Notes: generated by a model not told the origin, from the sequence alone. Shown: positions 51,422 through 61,503, numbered from the stretch's first letter. The stretch is 64,000 nucleotides of DNA from Candidatus Latescibacterota bacterium (GCA_965222075.1 OZ244937.1:5248001-5312000), one strand, 5' to 3'. Numbers and translations: made by a program.

Positions 51422-52159
51422 TTACATTTTTCTGACTATGAAGTATGCACGTCTGCCCAGCTCATAGGGCTCGCAATCCAGTGACGAAAAAGTATCGCAC
51501 ACCTCGAAACCCACCTCGGAAAAGAGAAATGTCAACTCTCGAAACCCGTAGACCCGCATAGAGCTTATCTTCGTCTCGGAAATTCCGTTCGCAACCAAAG
51601 TCCATTCAGTATCGATCCGGCTCTCCACGTGTCGGTAGTTCGTGTCCTCCAGGACAACTGTTTCACCTGCTTTGCTCCAACCGCGGAACCGGAGTCTTGG
51701 GAGTATTGTTTCAGCGACGTTGGGAATATCCAGAGCAAACCTCGAACCAGTCTTGAGCGCTCGATGCACTGCCTCAAGGAATCGCCTATTTCCGTCGTCG
51801 TCGAAGTATCCGAAACTTCCCCAAAAACAGAATGCCGCATCGAATGTCTCAATCCAGGACAGATCCCTCATATCCGTCTCGACAAGCTCAAGATCAAGAT
51901 TCGCTTCTTGTGAAGCGGATTGCGCCTCTTGAAGAAGGACTGTCGTGATGTCAACGCCAGTTACTTTATAGCCTCTCTCAGCCAGCGGAATCGCCAATCT
52001 ACCATTGCCACACGGCACATCGAGAACCCGACACCCTGGCTTCAAATTGAGCGCGCGCACGAGAAAGTCTACCTCTTCTGAAGTACGCCCTGCTCGCGAG
52101 TTTCTTTGAACGTCGAGCCAGTTTCCCGCAAAAAAAGTGGTCCACCACTCAGTACTCAC
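51422..52159 (-). CDS. Class I SAM methyltransferase (cassette 2)
   Basis: VLDVPCGNGR and SFGYF motifs; GGAGG RBS before GTG. Confidence 0.85.
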   Translation of the reverse strand: MSTEWWTTFFAGNWLDVQRNSRAGRTSEEVDFLVRALNLKPGCRVLDVPCGNGRLAIPLAERGYKVTGVDITTVLLQEAQSASQEANLDLELVETDMRDLSWIETFDAAFCFWGSFGYFDDDGNRRFLEAVHRALKTGSRFALDIPNVAETILPRLRFRGWSKAGETVVLEDTNYRHVESRIDTEWTLVANGISETKISSMRVYGFRELTFLFSEVGFEVCDTFSSLDCEPYELGRRAYFIVRKM

Positions 52160-52199
52160 GTTTAACCTCCAATCTCGGGTCACTCCAACATTCGATTTC

Positions 52200-52283
52200 A
52201 GCTAACGTTTTCGCCGTGCCCGAACCGCGAAGCGGTTGGGCGAAGGGCCGTATGGCCCGTAGCCGGACACGGACGTGTTAACC
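52200..52283 (-). other. attC-like site 1
   Basis: AGCTAAC..CCGTGCCCG...CGGACACGG..GTTAACC. Confidence 0.85.
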
Positions 52284-52370
52284 GCAGTGGGCATGACACC
52301 AATGAAGCTCGCAAATCAAAATGAGTGCCAAACAGAAAACACGCCAAGAAACTACCCTGGAGATATTGCT

Positions 52371-52889
52371 TCACAAGGTAAAGGAAGTATGCTTTCTCCA
52401 CTTGCCGTTGCGCTCCATCATAAGCCAAACCTCTTCTGCGCGACTCTTCATCGGCAGGTATGATTCAGCATTCGATTGAAATTTCTCGACGATTGCTTCC
52501 AACGCAACTGCATCATCCGCATGTGCTACGGTAAGGTGAGGGTTGACGGAAGAATAAGCCCCTTTGTAGGGTGGGTGGTCCGGAAATTGATTTACCAGAG
52601 CTTGAGTCATTCTTTTGAACTCATTATCGGGCTCCGGATGCAAATAGAGGACACCTGGAAACCTACGCACCTCGACAAGGAAAAAGTCGAACGGATGGAA
52701 ACTCTGAATCACCTCCCGGACTTCAATGACACTGTTTCTGGTGATGGCCTCTCGATCCAGAAACGGATAGAGTAGAGTGATATGGGCAGGGATCCCCGCC
52801 TTGGCTGCGGGATCGTATCTACTTCGATACGCCCCAACCAATTTCTCCGCCTTGGGCACCGGAATTAGGATTGCCGATTCGTCTGGCAT
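52371..52889 (-). CDS. 2'-5' RNA ligase family (2H phosphoesterase) protein (cassette 1)
   Basis: Two HxT motifs: AHITL and PHLTV. Confidence 0.85.
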   Translation of the reverse strand: MPDESAILIPVPKAEKLVGAYRSRYDPAAKAGIPAHITLLYPFLDREAITRNSVIEVREVIQSFHPFDFFLVEVRRFPGVLYLHPEPDNEFKRMTQALVNQFPDHPPYKGAYSSVNPHLTVAHADDAVALEAIVEKFQSNAESYLPMKSRAEEVWLMMERNGKWRKHTSFTL

Positions 52890-52927
52890 TTTGCGAAATC
52901 ACTGGATGGAAACATCTTACCCATTGC

Positions 52928-52965
52928 GGTTAACTACGGGATTACCGAACAGTTACGGTAATACG
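52928..52965 (-). other. attI-like site
   Basis: On the minus strand, ...GTTCGGTAATCCCGTA-GTTAACC opens cassette 1 with no attC hairpin upstream; it lies next to the integrase remnant. Confidence 0.6.
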
Positions 52966-53014
52966 CGCCAGATCTGAGGATTTCCGAACGTTCGGGAACA
53001 TTTTGTTAATATTG

Positions 53015-53399
53015 GTTTTTGCAAGCCCGGTCAAACGCTTTCTGTACCGACCGCCCGGTCACCCGGTCTGGCGCCCGGGAACAGCCATGTTCGGGGTTGA
53101 TATTGGCGCCTGTAGTCTTGAACCGCCTTCTGTGCGACTGTGGAGAGCATCGTGTAACGATCCTTCCGGTGCTTGCCCTGGCGGATATGGAGCAGTTTTC
53201 GATCCCCGTCGATGTCTTCGACCTTCAACCGGACCACTTCACCCAGCCGAAGGCCTCCGGAATAGGTCAACAGCATGATCGCCTGGTGCTTCAGGTTTTC
53301 TACTGCATCCAGTAACCGAAGCACTTCTGCCCGGCTCAACACAGTGGGCAATTTGTGCTCCTTTTTCGGACGGGGCAGGTTTTCAAGAGGATATTCCAT
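53015..53399 (-). pseudogene. intI: Integron-type/XerD-like tyrosine recombinase remnant
   Basis: RPKKEHKLPTVLS, YSGGLRLGE, GKHRKDR and WLFPG, then frameshifted RSVQKAFDRAC. The N-terminal domain and the HxLRH/Tyr region are missing. Confidence 0.8.
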
Positions 53400-53880
53400 T
53401 GAGGTCTTCTCTCGGCATTGCGGCTGAAAAAAGTGGATTGGCTTTGCTTTCAAACAAATCCCGTGCCGTAGAGACCGCTAACGGAGAACAATAAATGAAC
53501 CTGTTGTGAAATTAGTGTCAGATGGGAGAATATCCTTTTTTAAACAGACCTTTCAGGTTGCTGATTTGTTTCAAAACAGACCGTTCAACGCATTCAGAAA
53601 GTACCATATCCGAAGCGCTGAGAACGTGAACCTATTGTATTTTCAGGTCGTCGTATTGCCCCAATAAGGCGCTCACGGGATGGCGGAAGAGGGGCTGTGG
53701 GCGCGTTATCAAGCGCAGACGGTGATACAGGCGGCTCCGGCGGGTGTAGAGGCGTAAGCGCTGACTGAAGTAAAGGGTTGACCGGGGGTGCCCTGCAATA
53801 TATATTTTTCATGACCCCCGTGTTGAGGAACGGTGTCAGTCCGGCGATAATGAACCGATAGCACGCAGAAGGAGCCACCA

Positions 53881-54711
53881 ATGAATGCGAACAAGCCCCC
53901 GCAGACGTCCACGCCCACCTACACCATGGGGTACAGCGACGAGTTTCAGGAGATGCTCAAACACCGCAGCGCGGGCACCCATGCCGCGCACCTGCTCCCA
54001 TACCTCAAGCCCGGTCTCCGCGTTCTCGACTTCGGGTGTGGGCCCGGTACGATTTCGGTGGGGCTCGCACAGGCGGTGGACCCCGGGGAATTGCACGGCA
54101 TCGATATGGAAGCGTCGCAGATCGAGATGGCCCGAACTGCGGCGGCGGCGGGCGGGCACGACAACGCGGTATTCCATACCGGTGATGTGACCGATCTGCC
54201 CTTTGCCAACGACTCGTTCGATGTCGCCCACTGCCACGCCGTGCTCACACACGTTCCGGATACGCAGGCCACCCTGGCCGAGGCGAAGCGGGTGTTGAAA
54301 CCCGGGGGGCTCATCTCCAGCCGGGAACTGATTGGCGCCGCGTCGTTCGTCGATCCCGACCCCGGCGACCGCGGCGAGATGTGGGCGACGTTCTTGAAAC
54401 TGCTCGCGGGCAACGGGGGCCATCCCCAGATGGGGAAGGAACTCAAGCGGGCGTTTCTCGACGCCGGATTCTCGGATATCCGTGCAAGTGCTTCATTCGA
54501 TTCCTACGGCACGACCAGTGACATCGACAGGTTTTATGGGGTCGCCATCGGCTGGTTCTTCGCCCCCGATACTGTGGAAGCGGCCACGAAACACGGGCTG
54601 GCATCTCACGAGCAGTTCGATGACTGGCGCCGGATGCTCGACCAGTGGAAGGATGCCCCTGGTGCATTCGCCACCGTCGCCTGGGGAGAGGCGATCGGAC
54701 GTAAGCCGTAG
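53881..54711 (+). CDS. UbiE-like SAM methyltransferase
   Basis: VLDFGCGPG, LPFANDSFD and RVLKPGG motifs. Confidence 0.9.
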   Translation: MNANKPPQTSTPTYTMGYSDEFQEMLKHRSAGTHAAHLLPYLKPGLRVLDFGCGPGTISVGLAQAVDPGELHGIDMEASQIEMARTAAAAGGHDNAVFHTGDVTDLPFANDSFDVAHCHAVLTHVPDTQATLAEAKRVLKPGGLISSRELIGAASFVDPDPGDRGEMWATFLKLLAGNGGHPQMGKELKRAFLDAGFSDIRASASFDSYGTTSDIDRFYGVAIGWFFAPDTVEAATKHGLASHEQFDDWRRMLDQWKDAPGAFATVAWGEAIGRKP

Positions 54712-55058
54712 CCGCTCGGGTTACTGAAGCTTTCAACTGCGCCCTCTGGGGTGCCTTGAGCATCCTCGATGAAGAACGCGCCCGCCTGCTCCGCGCCTGA
54801 CTCGTGCTGCGCCAGCGCCAGTACGCCGCCGCCCAGGTCCGCCTCGTGGTCGAAAAAAATTCCCGTCTCGATGTAGAGCGCGAAACTCTCCCGATTGCCT
54901 CAGCGCCACGCTTTTCGCGTCTTGCGCTTCGGTTTCCCCTTCAGTGCAACGGCCACTTGTGGCGCGATTGCCGCCCAGTCTATTTCCGCTGGGGAGACAT
55001 GGGCTGCATCATCGGCAAATTCAAGCGGGCAGCATTCAACAGAGAAAGGAGTGGACCG

Positions 55059-55466
55059 ATGAGCGGTGAAACAGTGAAGTGGCCGATTGTAGAGCGGTGG
55101 GACAGCCATCCCCTGGACCTGAAGGATCCCCTGGAGCGTTTCAAGCGCTCGGAGTGGAACTACTTTTTGGTTGACCAGGAGTCGGGGGTGCTGATGGGCT
55201 ACTGGCTGGCGGAGGAGGGAGCCGAAGATTTGGGCGGAGACGAGTTCGACGAGGTGATGCACGTTATCGAAGGGAAGCTTTACGTGACCTGTGAGGGAGA
55301 GGCGTATACCGCCGGGCCGGGGGATACGATCGTGGTGCGTCCCGGCCGTCCGACCCGGATCGCCGCACGGGAGTTGACCCGGGCGTTCTTCGTCTGCTAC
55401 TCGATGTCGGACCCGGAGGCGTTCGAGGCGAGGATGCATAAAAGGATGGCGGAGAAGGGGCTGTAG
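55059..55466 (+). CDS. Cupin (EutQ/DUF861-like) protein
   Basis: MGYW, DEVMHVIEG and AGPGD motifs; AGGAG RBS. Confidence 0.75.
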   Translation: MSGETVKWPIVERWDSHPLDLKDPLERFKRSEWNYFLVDQESGVLMGYWLAEEGAEDLGGDEFDEVMHVIEGKLYVTCEGEAYTAGPGDTIVVRPGRPTRIAARELTRAFFVCYSMSDPEAFEARMHKRMAEKGL

Positions 55467-55620
55467 ACCCGTTCTCAGTGTGACATCCAGCGCGAATATA
55501 GGCCCAGAAATCGCCGCATCGCTGAAGTTAATTTTTCTACGATTTAGGGGGGGGTATAAGCCTTTGTTTTTAATGAGACTATGCGCCCCCATTTTTACGA
55601 TGATCCAGGCTGAAAAAAGC

Positions 55621-55670
55621 TTGACAGGATAGGCGAAGCTGTTTATCTTTAGTAGTGAGAGATTGTCACT
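55621..55670 (+). promoter_or_regulatory. Sigma70 promoter with a possible operator
   Basis: TTGACA-17 bp-TATCTT; inverted repeat AGTGA-N7-TCACT at 55654-55670. Confidence 0.65.
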
Positions 55671-55831
55671 TGTACGAATCATCCCGTCAACACTGAAAGG
55701 GGTGGTGCTTGCCGAGTAGATGGCTAAGGTCGTGAGGCACTGAATCGGAGGTGAAGAGGTGTCTGATCCAGAGCCTCGATCTGACGATAGGGTTCAAAAG
55801 TAGCCGGGGTTTCTCACCAGGAGGTTGTAGT

Positions 55832-58800
55832 ATGAGACGTGTATACTTGTTGTTTGGCATTGTTCTGAGCCTCTGCCTGCTGGCCGGTCCGGTGTGGTCG
55901 CAGACGACCGGTAAGATCACCGGTAAGATGACCGATCCAAACGGTGAGCCTCTGCCGGGCGCCAACGTGGTGATCGAGGGCACCCGCTTTGGGGCGACGA
56001 CCGACGCGGAGGGCATCTACGTGATCCTGGGCGTAGAGCCGGGCTTCTACGAATTGAAGGCTTCGATGGTCGGTTACGAGGCAGTGATCCGCACGAACGT
56101 GCAGGTGGCTGCGTACCGGACCACGGAGGCGGATTTCACGCTGCGGGAGTCGGCGATCGAGGCGGCGGAGATCGTGGTGACGGCGGGGCGGCCGCTCATC
56201 GAGGTGGACCGGACCGGGAGCGAGGCGAAGATCTCGGAGAAGGAGATCGAGCAGCTCCCGATCCTCCGGGAGACGAGGGATCACCTCCACTATGTGGCGG
56301 GGGTGGATCCGGTGAGGAATAGTGGTATTAATGGGGTGATCATCCGGCGCTCAGATAACTTTCGGATTCAGCAGTTACAGGCCTGGACGTTTGACGGCAT
56401 CGAATTGACGCTCCTGGACAACGGGACCTCGGGGTCGCTTCTGTGGGGTCAACAGTACAACAACACGAATGTGACGGCTATCGGCGAGATGGCCGTTGTG
56501 AGAGGGGGACAATCCGCCTCGCAGGCCCAAAATGCCTTCGGTGTGGTGAACATCATCACCCGCGAGGGGACGCGGGTTCTCCACGGCGGCCTCGACGTCC
56601 GGATCGAGCCGTCGGGCAAGCGGCACCACGGGCCGAACGTCTACGACGCCACCCCCGGGCAGCAGGGGGGTGCGAACGGGATGTGGCGGGACAAGCTGAA
56701 GTGGAACGATCCGGACTGGGTGAACGAGGCCGACCCGGTCACCGGGAAGCAGATCCACGTGAAGCAGGACTACGAGGGCGCTGTCGGACACTTAGTGGAG
56801 GGGTGGCTCACCGGGTCGCTGGGTGAGAACGCCACGTTCGTCTTGAGTGCCAGAACCGGCCGGTCCAAGCAGACCTTCCCGGCTCCGCAGAGGACCAGCC
56901 TGCGCCAGCGGCACATCTTCGGGAAGCTCAGTTTCACGCCGTCCGACAACCTCAAGTTGAAGTTCGGCTACCACGACTCGTATGAGCCCACCTGGGGTCG
57001 AGGTGACCAGAGAGGGGTGAACAGCAACCTCTTCCTGGTCCGGGACCGGGGGCATACGGGGTATGAGAGGCGGTGGAAGAACCGGATCGTCTACCTGACG
57101 GCCACCCACACGCTCGGCCCGAAGACGTTCCACGAATTCCAGATCGGGTTCTACGGGACGAACGTCGATACAACAGAGGAGACCGACGGGGCGACGAGTT
57201 CCTGGCGGAGGGACGAGAGCGGGAACTTCAACGTGGATCGGAAGATTCGGAATCTGCAGGTTGACCACAACCGGCGCTACAACTTCCGCTACGCCATCAC
57301 CAGCCAGATGAGCCGGTGGAACCTGGTCAAGACCGGGTTTACCCATCAGATCTTCCACAACGCCAACTGGCATTTACAACAGGGGAGCCCGAGCGGTGCC
57401 ACGATCTGGGTCATGGGCAAGGACGGCGTGCCGGGCACGCGGTATGTCGTCCACCGGTTTGCGTGGTACGCCGAGGACAAGATCGAGTTCCGGGGCATGG
57501 TCGTGAACGTGGGGCTCCGCTACGACGCGATGTGGGGCGGGCCCAGGAAGACGCTGGCGGGGTTTTACAAGGCGACGCCGCAGCATCGGACGTACAAGGC
57601 ATTCCTGACGCGCACGCCCCGGGCGCAGGGGAAGGCGCTGGCCTACTGGTCGCCCCGGGTCGGCGTTTCACACCCGATCACGGCCAGGTCGGCCATCCGG
57701 TTCTCGTTCGGCCGCTACTACAAGCCGACGTCGTTCGGGCAGATATATTCCGAGTCGTGGGCCACCAACGACTTGCTCAACCACCCCAACCTGGACGGTA
57801 CCTGGGGAAATGGGGGCAAAGCGGGCGGGGGCTGGTATCTGGACCATATAAACCGCAGCCCGTCGGGGAGCCCGAATTTGACTGAGTTCGAGGTGTCCGG
57901 GGCCTGGAACTTTTTGAGCAACTACGTCTTAGACATGGCCACCTACTACCGGCGGACGGAGCGCGCGACCGGCGGGAATAACCGCTATTACGTGGACCCG
58001 GTACGGGGACAGGGTCAAGAACGGACGCAGGGGCCTTTTGCCCGTGCGGAGTCCAAGGGCTTCGAAATGGCGGTCTACAAGCCCCTGTCCCAGAACTTCG
58101 CCTTCCGGTTCTCGGTGGACGTGGGCTGGTCTTTCTACTATTTCACGGGCGCCGCCCCGGTCCTCACCCACATCTACCCCGACTCCACCTACATCGCCGG
58201 CCCGAACTACTTCTTAGTGGATACGAACGACGACCCGGTGCTGTTGACGGACACACAGATCCGCGATCTCGGCCACAAGGCCAACGAGACCATCCGGAAG
58301 GTGCGGGAGCAGTTGACCAGGCAGGAGCAGGTCACGGATATCTTGACGCCGCTTAAGCCCCTCTCGGAGTGGCCGGGCATAAGCGGCGAGGATCGGAGTC
58401 GGCCCGAAATCCAGGGCCTCTGGTATTCATCCACCTGGAGATCGCTCAAGAACGCTGCGTGGGGTCCGCCCGCGCCGACCACACAGGCGACGTTCCAGTT
58501 CCTCTGGTCCACCCCGTCCGACTGGGGGCCGGGGCCGACTGTGGGCGGGTCGAAGCTGTTGGGCGGCATCCAGGCGAACCTGGTCTGGCGGTTCAACAGC
58601 GGGGTCAACTTTGCGCATACGCCGCCGGACAACCCGAAGGTGGTCGATGCCTTCCGCTCTGGACCGATGTTCGTCCGGGCGGACCTCAACTTCCAGAAGA
58701 CGTTCGAGGCGGGTACGGGCCGGCCCACGCTCTACGTTGAGGTCTTCAACCTTTTCAATACCTATCTGGACCAAACCCGCAACGCCAACTACGTCCGGTG

Positions 58801-58915
58801 GGGGCTTAAACTGCCGACGCCGAACGATTCGAACTACAACAGGTACGGCGACCCGAGCCCATTTCGGGGCGGCACGCCGCGCTACGTGAACCTCGGGGTG
58901 CGGGTCAGGTTCTGA
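55832..58915 (+). CDS. TonB-dependent receptor with carboxypeptidase-regulatory-like N-domain
   Basis: Signal peptide, TTGKITG..GEPLPGANV, GVVNIITREG, NVGLRYD and SPRVGVSHP motifs; C-terminal F. Confidence 0.9.
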   Translation: MRRVYLLFGIVLSLCLLAGPVWSQTTGKITGKMTDPNGEPLPGANVVIEGTRFGATTDAEGIYVILGVEPGFYELKASMVGYEAVIRTNVQVAAYRTTEADFTLRESAIEAAEIVVTAGRPLIEVDRTGSEAKISEKEIEQLPILRETRDHLHYVAGVDPVRNSGINGVIIRRSDNFRIQQLQAWTFDGIELTLLDNGTSGSLLWGQQYNNTNVTAIGEMAVVRGGQSASQAQNAFGVVNIITREGTRVLHGGLDVRIEPSGKRHHGPNVYDATPGQQGGANGMWRDKLKWNDPDWVNEADPVTGKQIHVKQDYEGAVGHLVEGWLTGSLGENATFVLSARTGRSKQTFPAPQRTSLRQRHIFGKLSFTPSDNLKLKFGYHDSYEPTWGRGDQRGVNSNLFLVRDRGHTGYERRWKNRIVYLTATHTLGPKTFHEFQIGFYGTNVDTTEETDGATSSWRRDESGNFNVDRKIRNLQVDHNRRYNFRYAITSQMSRWNLVKTGFTHQIFHNANWHLQQGSPSGATIWVMGKDGVPGTRYVVHRFAWYAEDKIEFRGMVVNVGLRYDAMWGGPRKTLAGFYKATPQHRTYKAFLTRTPRAQGKALAYWSPRVGVSHPITARSAIRFSFGRYYKPTSFGQIYSESWATNDLLNHPNLDGTWGNGGKAGGGWYLDHINRSPSGSPNLTEFEVSGAWNFLSNYVLDMATYYRRTERATGGNNRYYVDPVRGQGQERTQGPFARAESKGFEMAVYKPLSQNFAFRFSVDVGWSFYYFTGAAPVLTHIYPDSTYIAGPNYFLVDTNDDPVLLTDTQIRDLGHKANETIRKVREQLTRQEQVTDILTPLKPLSEWPGISGEDRSRPEIQGLWYSSTWRSLKNAAWGPPAPTTQATFQFLWSTPSDWGPGPTVGGSKLLGGIQANLVWRFNSGVNFAHTPPDNPKVVDAFRSGPMFVRADLNFQKTFEAGTGRPTLYVEVFNLFNTYLDQTRNANYVRWGLKLPTPNDSNYNRYGDPSPFRGGTPRYVNLGVRVRF

Positions 58916-58919
58916 GCAA

Positions 58920-58948
58920 GTAGGGGCGAGTCATCGACTCGTCCCTAT
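58920..58948. repeat. GTAG-type REP-like palindrome
   Basis: GTAGGGGCGAGTC-ATC-GACTCGTCCCTAT, intergenic. Confidence 0.6.
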
Positions 58949-58971
58949 ACTACAATCGGGAGAGGTTCGAT

Positions 58972-61503
58972 ATGCGTATGAGAGCCATTTTAGGCGTAGC
59001 CCTGCTCCTCGCGCCGGGGGCGCTGTGTGCCCCCGCAGAGGCGCAGCAGATGACTGTTGGAGGGACGGCCAATATTGCGCTTCCTCCCCGGCAGTTGACC
59101 CGGGGCAAGCTCTGGCAGAGCTTCATCAACACCGGCGCCGAGGGGGCGCGGCTGGTGGAGATCAACTACGGCGGCCTCTACGCCGACGTGGCCTATCCGG
59201 GCATGATCATCGCCGGCGGAAACGACTACGTCGAACACTACGGGGGGGCCACCGATTGGACGGACTTCCAGACCGATTTGATGACGCATCAGGGCCGGGG
59301 GCACGGGTGGTATATCGCTGCAAAGGTGGACGGCACCCCGGCCGTCAGCTTTGGCGACGCCCTGATCAAGGGCAAGGAGGAGAGCGACGATATCATCGCG
59401 ATGGCGTTCGATCCGACGGTTGACCTGGGGGGCCGCTTTGCGAACTTAGGGAACGAAGTGATCAATCCCAGATCGGGCCGGTCGATGGGCAACTGGTGGC
59501 CCGGCACGACCATCCCTCTGGACGCAAGCGAGCCGAGGGAGATCCTGAACTACAGGATCGGGCAGTATACTGACGCCTCCGTGGACAACTTTCCGGAAGA
59601 TATCATCCTGAGCAAGTGGACGACGAAGACGGGCATCACCGGAAACAAGGCGGCCTACGCCTGGAACCATCCGGACTACGACGACTTTATCATCGTGGAG
59701 TGGGTGTTTGAGAACACCGGGGATACGGACGGGGACCGTGCCGCCGACCTGCCGGGCGGGGGTCACAACTTGGAGAACGTGTTTTTCGCCTTTCACCACC
59801 GCTTTATGACCTCCGGCGCGGGGACCTCCCGGAGCAGCTACGTGGCCTACTACTGGGACTGGGGGCCGTTAGATGGGTGCGTCAGCATCTTTGGGGCTAA
59901 CGTGGACAACGGCCAGGACGACAAGATCAAGTATACCGAGTCGCCCAACTACGATGGTCCGACCGATGCCAGGGGGCTGAAGCTGACCTACCAGTACGAC
60001 TGGGACAACTTCTGCTACACCGGCTCGTTTGCCGACGACGTGGGCGACCCGTTTCGGGTCGGAAACCGATCACGTTCTGTGTCACCGCCTGCGATCACCC
60101 AAGACGGCGACCTCCTGTCGCCGGCCTGGATCGGGTGGACGGAGATCGACGTAGATCCGACGGATGGGTTCATCGGGGATAACGAGGTGTATGTGGCCCC
60201 GGATGTGGTGCAGCAGCCGTTTGCGCACAACCTGTTCCACTTCCAGTATCGGCAGCAAAACGTCCAGGTGCACAGCGACCTGCGGGGGGAGGAACCGAAT
60301 CCGACCGAGATGAGCGACGAGACGATGTACCAGATGCTCACCCGGTCGCCTGACCCATCCTACTTTGAGCCGTTGAACAGCCATGCCGCTGCCACCACGC
60401 GTCCCACCCGGGCGTCGGGCGACCCGAACTTAGGTGTACCCCTGCTGCCGCTGCCCGACAACCCGACCGGGCCGATGCCCTATGTGCCCGACCCCGAGTG
60501 GGAGTGGGTGGGCCGGAACGGGGTCGCTGCGGCGTATACGCCGATGGACACCTACGGGCCTTACGACATGGCGCCGGGCGACAAGGTGAAGTTAGTGTTC
60601 GCCTACGTGGCGGGTGCGCCGGTCACAGAAAACGTCCGGAAGTGGCAGAGGGCGGGGGACAACAGCGAGCTGCGGAAGGAAGAGAACGGGGCGGCGTGGG
60701 CGAACCTGGTCAACCACGTGAAGAGGGCGAAGGAGGCCTACGCCCTCGGCTACGACCTCCCGAACCAGCCGCCCGACGTGGATGTGAAGCTCGAGTCCTC
60801 GACCAACGCTCAGGTCCTGGCCACCTGGAAGGGCGACCTGGAGAAATCGAACAACCCGGATGCGGGCCAGCCCGATGTGGCGGGCTACCGGGTCTACCGG
60901 GCGGAGACGATTCCCGACGAGTGGGTGCTGGCGGGCGACGTCAAGGCGAACGGCTCGGCGACCTACGAGTTTGAGGATCCGCAGTCGCTGGCGGGCTTCC
61001 GGTATTATTACAGCGTGCGGAGCTATCAGGGGAGCGCGAATACGGGATTTGTGAGCCGTGTCACGGGCCAGACCGTGGCGGGGGGGGTGTCTGCGTATGA
61101 ATCGGGGGCGGGCGACCCTTCGACGTTCTACCTTGCCCCCACAGGGATGACGCCGTTCAGTCCGGCGCAGGTGGCCTCGACCGAGGCGGACCGGCTGGAG
61201 AAGGATATCCTGATCGTGCCCAACCCCTACATCGAAGACGGTCTGCACACCTACGAAGCTTCGACCAAGATTCGTATCCTGAACATTCCGAGGAGATGCA
61301 AGATCCGGATCTACAACTTCGCCGGGGATCTGGTGGCGGAGGTGGACCACGACTCGGCGACGGAGGGCGAGGCGGCCTACTTCCAGCTCAACCGGACGGC
61401 CACCTCTCCGTTGATCTTCGGCACCTATCTTGTGGCGGTGGAGTCCCTGATGCCGGAGAGCCGGGGCCAGGTTAAACGTGGTGCCTTCGTCGTTATTCGT
61501 TAA
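58972..61503 (+). CDS. Large secreted protein with FN3-like and T9SS-CTD/FlgD-Ig-like C-terminal domains
   Basis: Signal peptide; GYRVYR...YYYSV; IVPNPY...IRIYNFAGDLV...GTY...FVVIR. Confidence 0.75.
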   Translation: MRMRAILGVALLLAPGALCAPAEAQQMTVGGTANIALPPRQLTRGKLWQSFINTGAEGARLVEINYGGLYADVAYPGMIIAGGNDYVEHYGGATDWTDFQTDLMTHQGRGHGWYIAAKVDGTPAVSFGDALIKGKEESDDIIAMAFDPTVDLGGRFANLGNEVINPRSGRSMGNWWPGTTIPLDASEPREILNYRIGQYTDASVDNFPEDIILSKWTTKTGITGNKAAYAWNHPDYDDFIIVEWVFENTGDTDGDRAADLPGGGHNLENVFFAFHHRFMTSGAGTSRSSYVAYYWDWGPLDGCVSIFGANVDNGQDDKIKYTESPNYDGPTDARGLKLTYQYDWDNFCYTGSFADDVGDPFRVGNRSRSVSPPAITQDGDLLSPAWIGWTEIDVDPTDGFIGDNEVYVAPDVVQQPFAHNLFHFQYRQQNVQVHSDLRGEEPNPTEMSDETMYQMLTRSPDPSYFEPLNSHAAATTRPTRASGDPNLGVPLLPLPDNPTGPMPYVPDPEWEWVGRNGVAAAYTPMDTYGPYDMAPGDKVKLVFAYVAGAPVTENVRKWQRAGDNSELRKEENGAAWANLVNHVKRAKEAYALGYDLPNQPPDVDVKLESSTNAQVLATWKGDLEKSNNPDAGQPDVAGYRVYRAETIPDEWVLAGDVKANGSATYEFEDPQSLAGFRYYYSVRSYQGSANTGFVSRVTGQTVAGGVSAYESGAGDPSTFYLAPTGMTPFSPAQVASTEADRLEKDILIVPNPYIEDGLHTYEASTKIRILNIPRRCKIRIYNFAGDLVAEVDHDSATEGEAAYFQLNRTATSPLIFGTYLVAVESLMPESRGQVKRGAFVVIR

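Larger units (their letters stand above)
47086..53399 (-). mobile_element. Integron-like cassette array with decayed co-oriented integrase
   Basis: Seven AAC...GTT hairpins separate co-oriented small genes; cassette ends are mutually complementary; recombinase remnant lies upstream. Confidence 0.85.

Noticed and set aside
53460-53880. AAACAGACC duplicate and small ORFs upstream of the integrase remnant
   Set aside because: Too short to call; no recognisable product or structure.
54720-55050. Possible gene remnant or 5' extension of the cupin ORF
   Set aside because: No family motif recognised; the RBS supports the start at 55059.
55680-55800. Cobalamin riboswitch before the TonB receptor
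   Set aside because: The conserved GGGAA / B12-box elements were not found.
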